A stretch of DNA of 42,835 nucleotides from a virus (taxonomy: Duplodnaviria > Heunggongvirae > Uroviricota > Caudoviricetes), in the IMG/VR virus record IMGVR_UViG_3300001336_000001, positions 1 through 42,835 of that record. One strand, 5' to 3'. A program made the translations under genes and the position numbers. Positions 1 through 9,657 of this stretch are shown one piece after another. Below the pieces are notes generated by a model. It had not been told where the DNA came from and made no database searches. It saw only the letters and a program-made list of their open reading frames with translations. How positions within the stretch are numbered: the stretch's first letter is position 1; each line of letters starts with the position of its first letter.

Positions 1-421
1 ACTCTTGGTCAGTTAACCTATAATTCTCTGATATTCTCATCTTAATATATTCCAATTTCAAATTATCAGGTGTAATTGAATATTGTTGGTCAGTTAACTC
101 CCCAGCATTATATACTCTAGTCTTAATATATTTCAATTTTAAGTCATTTGGGATAATTAAATACTGGTGGTCAGTTAACTTCCGACCTATAAACATTCTA
201 ATCTTAATATCTTCCAACCTCGACTCACGATATTCCAATCTCAACTCACCTGATAATAATCTATATTCATAGTCACTTAAGTATACATTTGTTTGCTTAA
301 TAGCAATAAGTCTCTTTCTTATATATGTATTCTTCAAGTTATTTGATAACTTGGATATTTGATATTCTGGCAATTGTAAACCAGTATCCACATATTGTTT
401 TATTAAATCTTTATTTGTCAT
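1..421 (-). CDS. Helical-repeat protein with ~27-aa repeats, 3' end runs off the window
   Basis: Hand translation from ATG at 421: MTNKDLIKQYVDTGLQLPEYQ...LTDHQYLIIPNDLKLKYIKTRVYNAGE LTDQQYSITPDNLKLEYIKMRISENYR LTDQE, open to the window edge. Not in the ORF track. Confidence 0.8.
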   Translation of the reverse strand, partial: MTNKDLIKQYVDTGLQLPEYQISKLSNNLKNTYIRKRLIAIKQTNVYLSDYEYRLLSGELRLEYRESRLEDIKIRMFIGRKLTDHQYLIIPNDLKLKYIKTRVYNAGELTDQQYSITPDNLKLEYIKMRISENYRLTDQE

Positions 422-431
422 GAGTCACAAA

Positions 432-1490
432 TTAATTATCACCAATTAAATAGTCAAATTGGTCGTTTGTTAATGCATGACCCCTTCCAATATATGCTGA
501 CTTATATTCTATCGGAAGCTTCATAAACCATTCTAAATCATTATTCGGTCTTCCCAATAACTCATCTTCCTTTCTTTCTTGGTCTGTTTTAGGTTTATTT
601 ACCATCTTATCAACAGGAACCCCCATTGATTTCAAATAATCAATATAACCATCTACATCTTTACCATATTCAGCAATAGTACCTGTATCATTATTTGCAT
701 CAGTTAATTCAACACCTCTATTAGTGACATCAAAAACAACAATGTGTAATGGGTCATCTAAATTAACTGAACCATCTTCGTTTGTAATAAACTTATTTCT
801 ATCGACAATAAAATAAAATGTAGAAGTTTTACTATCTCTATATGACTTATACATCGTATTCCCAGGTTGCCCAATACAAAAAGAGTATGCCCTACCAGTT
901 AATGCACCACCAGTATAATTAATACACTTCCCAACATTATCACCCTCGTAAATATCAATGTTATTACCACTCCACAATGGTTTCTTTTCTGATTTAAAAT
1001 CACCAGACGTTGATGAACCCTTAGTATCACCTTTAGTGTACTTATTAGTTTCACCATGAATATATTCAGAGAATTTTAAAAAGTCATTAAACACCTTATC
1101 ACCAATAACCAAACCTTTTTTGGTTGGTTGGACTGGTTTTACACGATTCTTTTTAACCAACTCATTATACTCATTAACAATATCAACAATATTTTTTATA
1201 TCATTACCCCCTAATGCATATAAATAACCCATTATTGGTAGATTTTTTTGGTTTTCTGATTTATCCCCAGATTTAAAAGATGATAAAACGTCTTCTGGAG
1301 ATTCAACACCCCCCTTATTTAAGATATTCATGGTTTGTTGCTCACTAGCCCTTGATTCAACGATTGTTGTACCAATAGTTGTTTTTGTTGTATTACTATT
1401 ACCCCCAATAAACCCTTTATCTTTCAAATATCGTTGCTCAAGTAATATATTAGCTTTTTTAATTTGTTTACTTTTATCAAACCTTCTCAT
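432..1490 (-). CDS. Hypothetical phage protein with basic N-terminal leader (…ILLEQ) and a C-terminal repeat like the neighbouring gene
   Basis: 352-aa ORF. TATTTATA motif upstream (1506-1513). C-terminal LPIEYKSAYIGRGHALTNDQF resembles the repeat in 1-421. Confidence 0.75.
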   Translation of the reverse strand: MRRFDKSKQIKKANILLEQRYLKDKGFIGGNSNTTKTTIGTTIVESRASEQQTMNILNKGGVESPEDVLSSFKSGDKSENQKNLPIMGYLYALGGNDIKNIVDIVNEYNELVKKNRVKPVQPTKKGLVIGDKVFNDFLKFSEYIHGETNKYTKGDTKGSSTSGDFKSEKKPLWSGNNIDIYEGDNVGKCINYTGGALTGRAYSFCIGQPGNTMYKSYRDSKTSTFYFIVDRNKFITNEDGSVNLDDPLHIVVFDVTNRGVELTDANNDTGTIAEYGKDVDGYIDYLKSMGVPVDKMVNKPKTDQERKEDELLGRPNNDLEWFMKLPIEYKSAYIGRGHALTNDQFDYLIGDN

Positions 1491-1602
1491 TATTATACTT
1501 TTTATTATAAATATGACTTAAATACCAAAAAAAAAACTATAAATCCCTTGCATATATCATTATTTTACAATATATTTGTACCCAATTAAAAAAAATAATA
1601 CA

Positions 1603-3468
1603 ATGAGTTTTAACCCATCAAAATATCAAAAAGACATCTTTAATTTCATAGAAAACGGTACTGGAAATGCTGTTATTAACGCTGTTGCTGGTTCTGGTAA
1701 AACAACCACACTATTAGAATCATTGAAATTAATCAATAAAAACTCATCTAAACTATTTTTAGCCTTCAATAAATCAATTAAAGAAGAAATTGAAGTCAAA
1801 TTAAAGAAAAATAATATATCAGTAGACATCAATACGTGCCATGGTTTCGGTTACACAACAATCCTTAAACACATGGAAGAAAGACCAACCATAGATAACT
1901 TCAAATATCGTAAACTACTTAGAGCATTAGTTAATAATTTTTACCTACAAAACGCATATGAACTATCAAACTTCGGTTTTGACACCTCAATGTTGAAATA
2001 TATTAACAAATTTGACATTGATTGGGGTGGTATGACTGATAGAAACGAGTTCCAAAACAGAATTATTAAAATTGCTGACCTAAGTAGGCTCTTTTTAACT
2101 GACAAAAAGAGTGAAATTGCGAAAATTTGCACCAAATACACCATATCAACCACTGGTGAAGAGGTTAAATTAGCTATAAATCTAGTTAAATTAGCTAATA
2201 ATAAACTATCTACGATAGATTATACCGATATGATTTACCTACCAATACATCTAAACTTAGAAACTGATAAATATGACTGGGTTTTTATAGATGAATGTCA
2301 AGATTTAAATGGTGCACAACGTGAATTAATGCTAAAATCACTAAATGATAACGGTAGATTTATCGCTGTTGGGGACAAAAGACAGGCAATATACGCTTTT
2401 GCTGGCGCAGACTCCGATTCATTCGATAAATTAATGAATTTGCCCAACACAACCATACTTCCACTATCAGAATGTTATAGATGTGGGTCTGAAATTATAA
2501 AAACAGTCAAAACTATCGTACCACAAATAGAACCACACCCCTCAACTGGTATAGGTGTAGTAAATCAATCCGCAGAATTATGTGATATTAACCAAGGTGA
2601 CATGGTTATATGTCGAAATACCTACCCATTAGTTAAATTATGCCTAAAATACTTAGGAATGGGCATAAAAGCTACAATTATGGGTGGTGATATAGGTAAA
2701 TCAATCATTAAATTAGTAAAAGACACCAATGAAACTGATATGCAAGCGGTGTTTAACAAATTATATTCAGATTTGGAGAATACACTTAAAAGATTAATGC
2801 AAGCACACGCTTGCACCAGAGAAACCGCCATGTCAAAATCGGAATATATTAACAGTTACGAACGTATTCAAGTCGTTGAAGCCATATTTAAGTCAGTTGG
2901 AGGCGATGCAAATGATGTTATTAATAAAATTAATAGTATTTTTAATGATAAAAAAGAAGGTATCTTAATGTCAACAATCCACAAAGCAAAGGGACTAGAA
3001 TCTGACCGTGTTTTTATCATTCATAACGAACTTTTACCAAGTAGATTCGCAGAACAACCATGGGAACTAGAACAAGAACAAAATTTAAGATATGTGGCAC
3101 ACACCAGAGCAAAATCATATCTTGGTTTCGTTAGAGATTTTGATGCTTTCTCAAATTCAGAAGAAGAAAGTTTCGAAAATAAGGTTACAAAGGTGAAAAA
3201 ATCAAACCATGTCGGTAAAATAGGTGAAAAAATACAAATAATCGGTAAAATTACTAGTATAAATTATATGGATAAATTTAACAGTAATGTTTATACTATT
3301 GAAGATGAAAATGGTAATATTTTTGAAAAATGGGGTAAAATTGAAAATAGATTTATCAAAAACGGATTATTATCTGTAGGTGCCGAAATTAAAGCCAAAG
3401 CTAGAGTATCAAAACACACCAGTTATAACGGATTGGATAAAACAACAGTTAAAAATTTCTCCCACTAA
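1603..3468 (+). CDS. Superfamily 1 (UvrD/Rep-like) helicase with C-terminal OB-fold-like extension
   Basis: Walker A AVAGSGKTT, Walker B FIDECQD, VGDKRQAIY, YR motif, STIHKAKGLE, YVAHTRAK. Start moved to ATG 1603 because the track start lies inside the TATATTTG promoter (1571-1578). Confidence 0.9.
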   Translation: MSFNPSKYQKDIFNFIENGTGNAVINAVAGSGKTTTLLESLKLINKNSSKLFLAFNKSIKEEIEVKLKKNNISVDINTCHGFGYTTILKHMEERPTIDNFKYRKLLRALVNNFYLQNAYELSNFGFDTSMLKYINKFDIDWGGMTDRNEFQNRIIKIADLSRLFLTDKKSEIAKICTKYTISTTGEEVKLAINLVKLANNKLSTIDYTDMIYLPIHLNLETDKYDWVFIDECQDLNGAQRELMLKSLNDNGRFIAVGDKRQAIYAFAGADSDSFDKLMNLPNTTILPLSECYRCGSEIIKTVKTIVPQIEPHPSTGIGVVNQSAELCDINQGDMVICRNTYPLVKLCLKYLGMGIKATIMGGDIGKSIIKLVKDTNETDMQAVFNKLYSDLENTLKRLMQAHACTRETAMSKSEYINSYERIQVVEAIFKSVGGDANDVINKINSIFNDKKEGILMSTIHKAKGLESDRVFIIHNELLPSRFAEQPWELEQEQNLRYVAHTRAKSYLGFVRDFDAFSNSEEESFENKVTKVKKSNHVGKIGEKIQIIGKITSINYMDKFNSNVYTIEDENGNIFEKWGKIENRFIKNGLLSVGAEIKAKARVSKHTSYNGLDKTTVKNFSH

Positions 3469-4247
3469 CCTCTATTCGTCACCCTGGTTATCTTATCAGC
3501 ATACTTGTTAATATCATCCTTATCCAAATTAACACATACATAATGTTCACCAGCTTCAATGGCCCCCATAACTCTGTGGTGGCCATCTCTTAATTGTATC
3601 CTAAAATCACCTAAATCACCCAGCTCACCATCAACAACATCTTTTAATGATGTTTCTAACTCTATAAACTCATCAAATATATATTCGTCATCCTCATCGT
3701 AGTCCAAATTTAAAAATTCACGCTTAAGGTTATCAACAGATTTACCGCCCTCAACTAAAGCATACTTGTTTTTTTTGAAAAAATTGGAAACCTCTTCAGA
3801 ACTTGGACCATATTCCTCATCAATATAATCCTCATTACCAATATAAACATCCAAAACATCATCACCAGTTGATGCTGCTTTTGTCACCCCTTCGTAATCA
3901 ATCTCAAACCTACCACTATAAACCGCTTCTTGATGCTCTTTTACGTCAACCAACCCAATAACATTACCCATAGCATACGAACACTCAAACTCAACATTAT
4001 CCTCACTATCCCGAATCATCTCAATCACATGATTAAACTTATCCATGTCATATATGTTACCCCACATACCATCAACATAATCCTTGTGAATAACAATCAT
4101 CTGATTTGGGTCACCATACCAAGTTACACCCCTACCAACATACCTGTTGGATAAACGCTTGATATTATCAGGTAATGTAACATCAAAATAATCTTCCATC
4201 AACCGATTAATTGACTCCCTTAATAACTTATTTATATAATCCCTCAT
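3465..4247 (-). CDS. Acidic protein with C-terminal ParB/sulfiredoxin-like motif and INKLLRE leader
   Basis: LRDGHHRVMGA matches the DGHHR ParB/Srx signature. N-terminus is MRDYINKLLRESINRLME. Confidence 0.6.
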   Translation of the reverse strand: MRDYINKLLRESINRLMEDYFDVTLPDNIKRLSNRYVGRGVTWYGDPNQMIVIHKDYVDGMWGNIYDMDKFNHVIEMIRDSEDNVEFECSYAMGNVIGLVDVKEHQEAVYSGRFEIDYEGVTKAASTGDDVLDVYIGNEDYIDEEYGPSSEEVSNFFKKNKYALVEGGKSVDNLKREFLNLDYDEDDEYIFDEFIELETSLKDVVDGELGDLGDFRIQLRDGHHRVMGAIEAGEHYVCVNLDKDDINKYADKITRVTNRG

Positions 4248-4252
4248 AATAA

Positions 4253-5017
4253 CTACCAATTACGCATATTTTTACCCAACAATCCCTCTCTATACATTCT
4301 AGTTTTTAAATCACGAACCCACTTAACCCTATCATCATCACTTAAATTATCATAAATAGTACCAATGGTTGGAGATATATCTATAAGGTCTTTAAAACTA
4401 AGAATATCCCAATCATCACCAAACCTCTTTTTCAATTGAGCAATATTACCCATTTGACCTTGGATTTCCAACTTGCTCATGTTAATATTTTTACCCTTAA
4501 AATATTTATCAACACCCACCTCACTAGCCTTTTCCAATGTTTTCTTTATATGTTGATTATTTAATGTGTCATCAACCCAATGTAATAACTCATGATGTAT
4601 ACTACCCTTAATCTTACTTTCTGTAAACTCAGATAAAAACCTACCACGACTATCTTCATCAATATCATTTGAAGCTAAACTTAAATCACCATCATAACTT
4701 AAAGCGTGCCCCAAAGCACCCATATGTACCGAAAGATTAATAAACTTATTAACTGGTGAATAATTATTCCCATCATGGTTTATATAAATAGTACAAGGAT
4801 TTAACTCATGTGCTTTAAGACAAACCTCACTTTTAAATATTGAGGTATCGGTATTACCCCTACTAAACATATCCTTATCAACCACATTAAAAGCTTTAAT
4901 GTTAGATATATCATCTTTGAAATATTTATCATATATCAAATCCACATCACTATTCACATCTGGTAATGCCTCATTCAATAATCCCTCTCTTAATAACTTA
5001 TTTATATAACCCCTCAT
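4253..5017 (-). CDS. Putative zincin metallopeptidase (HExxH) with INKLLRE leader
   Basis: SIHHELLHWVD motif followed by a downstream E (KLEIQG). N-terminus is MRGYINKLLREGLLNE. Confidence 0.6.
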   Translation of the reverse strand: MRGYINKLLREGLLNEALPDVNSDVDLIYDKYFKDDISNIKAFNVVDKDMFSRGNTDTSIFKSEVCLKAHELNPCTIYINHDGNNYSPVNKFINLSVHMGALGHALSYDGDLSLASNDIDEDSRGRFLSEFTESKIKGSIHHELLHWVDDTLNNQHIKKTLEKASEVGVDKYFKGKNINMSKLEIQGQMGNIAQLKKRFGDDWDILSFKDLIDISPTIGTIYDNLSDDDRVKWVRDLKTRMYREGLLGKNMRNW

Positions 5018-5029
5018 TTAAAATAATAT

Positions 5030-5671
5030 TTACATCTTTCCACCCATACCAGGATTTGCCCATCTATGGAATTCAGAATCACTCATATTCGAATCATCAT
5101 GATTTACCGAATCGTTAACCATTTCTAATAATTCTGCAAACTCAGTATCCAATTTGCTAATTACCTCACTAGTTAGGTCATTTGTAATATCAGTTGAACG
5201 TTTAACCCAACCAATCCGATATGAACCCTTATAACTAATCGGCTCCCCCCAACCATATTTACCACGTATGTAGTCGTTTCTTTCATGGTTTTCATCACCG
5301 TGGAATGTTGAATCTTCAGTTATATACATAAACCGTACAGTATCACCATTCCTCAAATCGAAACCTAATTCTAATACAATGGTATAATCATAAAAATCAT
5401 CATCACTAACATTTTCACCACTAGAAACCTTATACTTAAATCTACCTATAACCGCATTACCACTAAAATTGTATGGACTACGCAAGTCATTAGGGTCATA
5501 ATCTTCTTCTTCATACACACCTTCAGTTGATAAAGCTTTAGAAAAGTAATAACTTAAAGTGTTGTGTTCACTAACACCATCCTCATTTATCGCTTTAATC
5601 TTATTGTAAACCTTACCAAAATTCTCAACAATTAATGACTCTAATTTTCCAATACGTTTTTTATTTTTCAT
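5030..5671 (-). CDS. Hypothetical protein, putative late gene
   Basis: 213-aa ORF with TATTTATT motif upstream (5692-5699). Confidence 0.7.
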   Translation of the reverse strand: MKNKKRIGKLESLIVENFGKVYNKIKAINEDGVSEHNTLSYYFSKALSTEGVYEEEDYDPNDLRSPYNFSGNAVIGRFKYKVSSGENVSDDDFYDYTIVLELGFDLRNGDTVRFMYITEDSTFHGDENHERNDYIRGKYGWGEPISYKGSYRIGWVKRSTDITNDLTSEVISKLDTEFAELLEMVNDSVNHDDSNMSDSEFHRWANPGMGGKM

Positions 5672-5735
5672 AATTAAAATGTTTTTATATTAATAAATAT
5701 ACAAAATTTTTAGTATATTTGCAAAAATAAAACAC

Positions 5736-6560
5736 ATGAATAAGTTATATCAAATATTCAAAGAACATAAATACAAACTAATAACAATATACTTATTCAT
5801 GTTAGTCACTGAATTGTCAATAATATCACAACCATTCCTATTAGGGAAAACAGTTGATGACCTTATTGATGGTAACTTCTTTTGGGTTATATTTCTAGCA
5901 CTATCCTATTTTATATCAAACCTATTCACATACAAAAGAATGGTATATGATACCAAAGTATACACCCAAATATATAACAACATCGTTATATCATTCCTAA
6001 AAAAAACAAATATAGATAACTCAAAAAAAATAGCAAGAACCGAAATGGCCAGCGATATCGTTAATGTCCTTGAAGGTTACGTACACTACTATATCGCAAC
6101 AATCATAACAATATTCGGCTCAATAGGTTTTATCTACTCACAAAACTGGAGAGTAGGTATCCTAATAACAACAGCACTCATATTTATAGTCCTGGGTGTA
6201 CTATTCTACTATAAAAAAATAAGACAAAGTATTGATGTTAAAAATAACCACTATGAAAATAAGGTTAGCGCAATACAAGAAAGTTATAAATCATCAGTCT
6301 CTTTCTTTAACCGAAAAAGAAAATTGGAAATATTCGAATCAACTCTACAAGGTAAAAACTGGTTCCTAGCTGGGACAATTAAAAATATATTCCTACTACT
6401 AGCAATAATTATCCTTATCAAAACATCAAACAATATAACCGCTGGGTCCATAATAACAACATATACCTACATTAGTAGATTCCTAATATCACTAATGTCA
6501 ATACCCGTAACATTTGAAATGTACTCAAGACTAAATAATATAATTAAACGATTAAATTAA
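5736..6560 (+). CDS. Stand-alone ABC-transporter-type six-transmembrane domain protein (no ATPase domain)
   Basis: Several hydrophobic helices. PFLLGKTVDDL and helix spacing resemble ABC exporter TMDs. No Walker motifs. TATATTTG promoter at 5714-5721. Confidence 0.6.
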   Translation: MNKLYQIFKEHKYKLITIYLFMLVTELSIISQPFLLGKTVDDLIDGNFFWVIFLALSYFISNLFTYKRMVYDTKVYTQIYNNIVISFLKKTNIDNSKKIARTEMASDIVNVLEGYVHYYIATIITIFGSIGFIYSQNWRVGILITTALIFIVLGVLFYYKKIRQSIDVKNNHYENKVSAIQESYKSSVSFFNRKRKLEIFESTLQGKNWFLAGTIKNIFLLLAIIILIKTSNNITAGSIITTYTYISRFLISLMSIPVTFEMYSRLNNIIKRLN

Positions 6561-6588
6561 AACCATATTTATTAATAAATTAAAAATT

Positions 6589-7269
6589 ATGAATATGAAA
6601 AATACCATAAAAAGAAATATAAGAAAACGCCTTAACGAAACCAAAAATAAAACAAATAAACAACTAAGATTATTAAATGAATCCGAATTGAACAATAAAA
6701 CAATAATCAATGTTGATATACAACCAGAATATGAATCTTACATATCATTCAATATATACGAATGGGTTAACTTTATAAATCAAAACGCAAACACAAACAA
6801 CTTAATATTCCTTTATAACGGTGAAGATACCCTAGGCATGATTGGTGAAGGTGATTACCAAATGTGGTTAATGGACCTGGGTGTCGATGAAGATGTTATA
6901 TATAATACCACATTCTATGATAAAGGTTATGCGTTTTTTAGATACTGTATGGATAACTCAATCGATGAAGATAATATCGTTGACCTCGTTAAATATATGA
7001 TAAGACACAATATAACTGATAGTAGAGATATTGATGAAGAAATGTGGGATGATTATATGGGAGAAACAAATCACAACCAACAAGATGTTAGAGAACTACT
7101 CGAAAATGCTGATGATTTAATATCCATACCAGACCTAATGAAATTTCTAAACAATAAATCTAATATCATATTAACTGGTGGGGGTATTAATGAATGTTTA
7201 AAAGAAGTCGAAATAGCACTTTTAAGCTTAGAAAAAAATTATAATATATTAAACAAATTCACCTACTAA
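6589..7269 (+). CDS. Isochorismatase/cysteine-hydrolase-like protein with RLNE leader
   Basis: IINVDIQPEY (catalytic D, DxQ) and LTGGGINEC (catalytic C) motifs. TATTTATT upstream at 6566-6573. Confidence 0.6.
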   Translation: MNMKNTIKRNIRKRLNETKNKTNKQLRLLNESELNNKTIINVDIQPEYESYISFNIYEWVNFINQNANTNNLIFLYNGEDTLGMIGEGDYQMWLMDLGVDEDVIYNTTFYDKGYAFFRYCMDNSIDEDNIVDLVKYMIRHNITDSRDIDEEMWDDYMGETNHNQQDVRELLENADDLISIPDLMKFLNNKSNIILTGGGINECLKEVEIALLSLEKNYNILNKFTY

Positions 7270-7309
7270 AAAATACCACCAAATTTTTACCAAAAAATTT
7301 TTTTAAAAA

Positions 7310-7460
7310 AAGGGGGGTCTCAAAAAATAAAGCAAAATTTTACCCAAAAAAATTTGAATAGAAATCCGACTGGGTATATATGCCCCGTAACGGGGGGTAT
7401 ATGGGAGGGTTCAACGGAGGGGGGGCTACGGGGGGTATACGACCACCCCTACCCCCGTAT
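7310..7460. repeat. G/C homopolymer-rich boundary element with direct and inverted repeats
   Basis: ACGGGGGGTATA at 7390-7401 and 7428-7439. CCCCG-TAA-CGGGG hairpin. G6/G3/G3/G7/G6 runs followed by C runs in an otherwise AT-rich genome. Confidence 0.8.
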
Positions 7461-7587
7461 CTATATTAATCTATATGTTGATACCATCCAGGACTTAAAG
7501 TGTCTTAAATCGCAAATATGGGGGTCAAGTAAAATAATTCACATACGCAAGTAATTTAACAATTTTAACATATTAATTTTTGGGCAA

Positions 7588-7612
7588 AAAAAAGTCCCCG
7601 AAGGGACTTTCA
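7588..7612. terminator. Intrinsic terminator, probably bidirectional
   Basis: AAAGTCCC-CGAA-GGGACTTT flanked by A/T runs, at the end of gene 7617-8237. Confidence 0.85.
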
Positions 7613-7616
7613 TTTT

Positions 7617-8237
7617 TTACTCGATGATTACTTCATCTTTGTTAACACTAATCGACTTTACAAGGTTATCAATTGCGAAGCGTCTCAAACTTGCACTTCG
7701 ACCTTTTGCTTGCTTTTCAATCAATCGTTTTGCAATTGTTTTAGGTGCGCTTTTCACTTTCTTAAATTCACCTTGCTTTTCAACTTGCTTTGATAAGCTT
7801 TGCCCCAAAACAGATAAGCGCATTGTGTTTCTGTTAAAACAAACAACCTTGTTTAACCAAATATCAGCGGACGTATCACGACTTTTCTTTGGTGCTTGCA
7901 ATTCAGTTAGTGCAATTGGCAAAGCGTCTTTAACCGCTTGTTTATACTCGTCTAGGGTTAATTTAGCCGTATCAATTGAATCGTAGTTAAACTTTTCAAC
8001 GTCAACAGAATTCAAGTCAAAATTAGCGTAAATATCGCTATCTTTTTTAATCATATTGGCATAAGTAGCACCAACATTAACTGTTTGGCTTGCAACCTCG
8101 GTATTATTGCTTTTATCACTAGAATAACCGTTTATACGGACAATTGAACAACCTGTAATAGGGTCTGTTAATTCAAGTAATTTAGCCACGTCAATTGCGT
8201 ATGCTTTAGCCAACAACTCTCTAATCTCTGCTTTCAT
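7617..8237 (-). CDS. Hypothetical phage protein, paralog of 16625-17191
   Basis: Shared blocks TGCSIVRINGY/TGVSLISIKGY, TVNVGA/LVNAGA and KTIAKRLIEK/LTIAKRRLEK. Promoter at 8275-8282. Confidence 0.8.
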   Translation of the reverse strand: MKAEIRELLAKAYAIDVAKLLELTDPITGCSIVRINGYSSDKSNNTEVASQTVNVGATYANMIKKDSDIYANFDLNSVDVEKFNYDSIDTAKLTLDEYKQAVKDALPIALTELQAPKKSRDTSADIWLNKVVCFNRNTMRLSVLGQSLSKQVEKQGEFKKVKSAPKTIAKRLIEKQAKGRSASLRRFAIDNLVKSISVNKDEVIIE

Positions 8238-8427
8238 AAGTCAAAAATTTTAATTAATAAATAAAGAACTGACACAAAGATACAAAACTTTTTTGTTTCT
8301 GCAATGAAAAAAATGAAAAAGTTTGCTAAAAGTTATTAACAATAGTAAAATAAAATTGTTAATAACTAAATACAATTTTTATTTCTAAAAATTTGCATAA
8401 TTCAAATATAATCCTTATCTTTGTTAT

Positions 8428-8490
8428 GTACGATTAAGGTACGTGTGAGTGCTCCAAGGGGTGGTCAAAGGTAGACTCCGACCTGCCTTA
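8428..8490 (+). ncRNA. Three-hairpin small RNA family, copy 1
   Basis: TATCTTTG promoter at 8416-8423. GTAC/GTAC hairpin, middle hairpin, GGTAG-ACTCCGAC-CTGCC, then a T-tract. Confidence 0.6.
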
Positions 8491-8608
8491 TATTTTTTTT
8501 TGTGTGTGCTTATTTAGAATGATTATAAATTACAAAAAAGTTTGGTAGATTGGAAAATTATGCTTATATTTGTATCAGTTCTTTATTTATTAATTTAACA
8601 CTTTTGAT

Positions 8609-8821
8609 ATGGGTTTTACCGCACTATCTAAGATGCGCAACAAAGTTGTTTTTGCGCCGAAGGACATCGACCAAAAATTCTTCAAGCAGGACGATGTTAA
8701 TGAGCTAATTGAAATTGGCTACACTAAACTAGAGGCTATTGAGCTTCTGGACGTGTTATCCCACAGAACACTTGAGGTGGACGAAGTAGACCACTACGAG
8801 TACACAGAAAGCGACCATTAG
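8609..8821 (+). CDS. Small hypothetical protein, counter-oriented expression unit
   Basis: 70 aa. Own promoter TATATTTG at 8565-8572 and terminator AAGCGACC-ATTA-GGTCGCTT+T-run at 8809-8833. Confidence 0.7.
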   Translation: MGFTALSKMRNKVVFAPKDIDQKFFKQDDVNELIEIGYTKLEAIELLDVLSHRTLEVDEVDHYEYTESDH

Positions 8822-8841
8822 GTCGCTTTTTTTGTTTGGTG

Positions 8842-8861
8842 ATATACACAAATGTGTATTA
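8842..8861. repeat. 20-bp palindrome ATATACACA-AA-TGTGTATAT, variant copy
   Basis: ATATACACAAATGTGTATTA. Six further exact copies lie in the window. Confidence 0.85.
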
Positions 8862-8939
8862 AGGTTATTAACATTTTTTTGTTAATAACTAATCGAGTAA
8901 AAGTTTGGTAGATTAGAAAATTATGCTTATCTTTGTATT

Positions 8940-8996
8940 GTCGATATGGACGTGCTGACACTCACAAGGTGGTAGTAGAGTAGACTCCGACCTGTT
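8940..8996 (+). ncRNA. Three-hairpin small RNA family, copy 2
   Basis: TATCTTTG at 8928-8935. GTC/GAC hairpin, CTGACAC-TCACAAG-GTGGTAG, GAGTAG-ACTCCGAC-CTGTTT, T-tract. Confidence 0.65.
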
Positions 8997-9055
8997 TTTA
9001 TATTTTTTTTATGCGTAAACAAGAAAAACGACTACCTTTCGATAGTCGTTCAAAA

Positions 9056-9433
9056 TCAAACCCAATAAAACCCATCAATGACCTCCATAATCTCCAGCGG
9101 GATATCATTGATTACGCAAAGGTAATCAACGTAGTATTCGGACTTCTCCTCACCAAAATAATGATGGTGTTGCTCATAAACGGATTTGAACTTACCAAAC
9201 CCATTCAACACAAACGAACTAAACGCCTTAATGTCGTCATTCGAACCATTGTAAAGTGTTTCGAAGTACTCATCAGCGTCAATCTCGTTAGAATCATACT
9301 TAGCAGTAAGGGCTTCATAAACTGCAACACGCTCAGGTGTTAATTGCTCATTACCATAGTAAGGTGCAACTTTGTTAAACGCATCAACCTTACTAACATT
9401 CGCCTTAACGATTGGATATAATCTAACTCCCAT
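9056..9433 (-). CDS. Hypothetical phage protein
   Basis: Start MGVRLYP downstream of the promoter at 9472-9479. Confidence 0.7.
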   Translation of the reverse strand: MGVRLYPIVKANVSKVDAFNKVAPYYGNEQLTPERVAVYEALTAKYDSNEIDADEYFETLYNGSNDDIKAFSSFVLNGFGKFKSVYEQHHHYFGEEKSEYYVDYLCVINDIPLEIMEVIDGFYWV

Positions 9434-9633
9434 GATATAAAGTATTAAATTAAATAAATAAAGAACTGACACAAAGATAATATAAAATAAGATAACTACC
9501 AAATAAAATAGTATTTTTTTTTAGATTATTTCTATTTAAGTTTTTAAGCTAATTTAAGCACGTTTTTAAGTCAATCTATATGTAGATACCACAAATGGGT
9601 TAAACACACCTTAAACGCAAAATAAAGCACAAA

Positions 9634-9656
9634 AAAAAGCCCCTTTCGGGGCTTAT
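9634..9656 (-). terminator. Intrinsic terminator
   Basis: AAGCCCC-GAAA-GGGGCTT followed by a T-run on the minus strand, after gene 9658-10080. Confidence 0.85.
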
Positions 9657-9657
9657 C

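Noticed and set aside
7354-7554. 66-aa ORF across the G-rich island
   Set aside because: Non-ATG start, Gly/Pro content dictated by homopolymer runs and no promoter. It is better explained as a DNA/RNA element.
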